Shown: piece after piece, positions 44,237-45,171 of the stretch
Position numbering within the stretch: the first letter of the stretch is position 1
Layout: the number at the start of each line of letters is the position of its first letter
NCBI GenBank assembly: GCA_034414335.1
Contig: DAOUMB010000068.1
Location: 1-45,171 of the forward strand
DNA: 45,171 bases
Reading direction: 5' to 3'
Source: Dehalococcoidia bacterium
GTDB lineage: Bacteria > Chloroflexota > Dehalococcoidia > GIF9 > AB-539-J10
Program-made: the position numbers and the translations under genes
The notes under the pieces: generated by a model
The model's database searches: none
What the model was told of the DNA's origin: nothing
The model's input: the letters and a program-made list of their open reading frames with translations, nothing else

Positions 44237-45171
44237 ATGGAAACAATAAACGTAGCTATTATAGGTGTTGGTAATTGTGCCTCTTCCTTGATTCAAGGAG
44301 TTCACTACTACAAGGATGCTAAGGAAGATGAATTTGTCCCCGGTTTAATGCATGTTAACTTGGGGGGCTATCATATAACTGATATCAACTTCGTGGCTGC
44401 ATTCGATATCGATAAAAACAAAGTGGGCAAGGATTTAGCTGATGCTATTTTCACCAAACCAAACAACACATTTAAATTTTGTGATGTGCCTAAGACAGGC
44501 ATCCGTGTTGAGCGGGGTATGACCCATGACGGACTGGGCAAGTATCTGTCTCAAATTATCACCAAGGCATCAGGTCCCACTGCTAACATTGTAGATATAC
44601 TCAGGAGAACCGAAACTGACGTGGTTATCAATTATCTGCCTGTAGGGAGCGAGGAGGCAACTAAATGGTATGTAGAGCAAGTGCTAACCGCTGGCTGTGG
44701 CTTAATCAATTGTATACCCGTTTTTATTGCCCGTGAGCCTTATTGGCAAAATCGATTTGCTCAACGTGGACTACCCGTTATTGGTGATGATATTAAGTCC
44801 CAAGTTGGCGCTACCATCACCCATCGAGTGCTAACCAGGCTTTTCCGTGAGCGCGGCGTTAAATTGGAACGAACCTACCAACTGAACTTTGGTGGCAATA
44901 CCGATTTCTACAATATGCTAGAACGAGAACGTCTGGAATCTAAGAAGATTTCCAAAACCGATGCTGTTACCTCCCAGTTAGACTATGTTCTCGATCCTGA
45001 TGACATCTACATCGGTCCCAGCGATTATGTACCTTGGCTAGCTGACCGTAAATTTTGCTACCTAAAGATGGAGGGCCGCACCTTCGGCGATGTCCCTCTA
45101 AATCTGGAGCTAAAGATGGAGGTATGGGATAGCCCTAATTCAGCCGGGGTAGTTATTGATGCCATAAGATG
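44237..45171 (+). CDS. ino1: myo-inositol-1-phosphate synthase, N-terminal ~311 codons (3' end outside the window)
   Basis: It is absent from the ORF track because no stop lies in the window. Hand translation gives [62 protein letters not shown]...SKKISKT...[18 protein letters not shown] with no stops. This is the prokaryotic MIPS signature. Confidence 0.85.
   Translation, partial: METINVAIIGVGNCASSLIQGVHYYKDAKEDEFVPGLMHVNLGGYHITDINFVAAFDIDKNKVGKDLADAIFTKPNNTFKFCDVPKTGIRVERGMTHDGLGKYLSQIITKASGPTANIVDILRRTETDVVINYLPVGSEEATKWYVEQVLTAGCGLINCIPVFIAREPYWQNRFAQRGLPVIGDDIKSQVGATITHRVLTRLFRERGVKLERTYQLNFGGNTDFYNMLERERLESKKISKTDAVTSQLDYVLDPDDIYIGPSDYVPWLADRKFCYLKMEGRTFGDVPLNLELKMEVWDSPNSAGVVIDAIR

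Noticed and set aside
1-45171. I scanned the whole window for CRISPR arrays, rRNA genes, intact IS elements or transposases, toxin-antitoxin pairs and known defence-system genes.
   Set aside because: I saw no short regularly spaced repeats, no rRNA-like sequence, no transposase-like ORF and no recognisable defence or TA proteins. The only mobile-element trace is the integrase remnant at 11640-11888.

Overview
This is a densely coding 45.2-kb bacterial chromosomal segment with about 45 genes. Housekeeping anchors are nusA-ylxR-infB-rbfA, cmk-plsC-ispH, sucCD, a pabB-pabA-pabC-like set, thiE and one tRNA-Ser(UGA) with encoded CCA. A tightly packed 11-gene minus-strand operon (24968-35986) encodes the oxaloacetate-to-succinate branch plus a transcarboxylase. 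Its genes are a 12S carboxyltransferase, a small ORF, a 5S subunit fused to a biotin carrier, malate dehydrogenase, a two-subunit class I fumarase, an anchor-less SdhA/SdhB-like fumarate reductase with HdrB- and HdrC-like subunits, and a crotonase. Together these look like a methylmalonyl-CoA/propionate-type module. Two acyl-CoA dehydrogenases, a family III CoA-transferase and succinyl-CoA synthetase fit the same metabolism. An accessory-looking stretch (about 6.8-12.0 kb) holds a disrupted ORF, a GT2 glycosyltransferase, the GDP-fucose genes gmd and fcl, about 1.4 kb with no sizeable ORF, and a decayed tyrosine-integrase remnant abutting the tRNA. The most unusual content is a four-gene plus-strand module (17457-23590). 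It has a stand-alone KaiC-like ATPase followed by three tandem paralogs, each fusing a KaiC-like ATPase domain to two cysteine-rich V4R (4-vinyl-reductase-type small-molecule sensor) modules. The third copy is split by a -1 frame change at a T TTT TTC heptamer that is followed by a 7-bp hairpin. Two genes are cut by the window edges and are missing or truncated in the ORF track: an ACAD at the 5' end and a myo-inositol-1-phosphate synthase at the 3' end. I saw no CRISPR array, rRNA or intact mobile element. My taxonomic impression (an anaerobic Chloroflexota-like or syntroph-like genome) cannot be verified from this window. All family assignments come from motif recognition by eye, not from searches.
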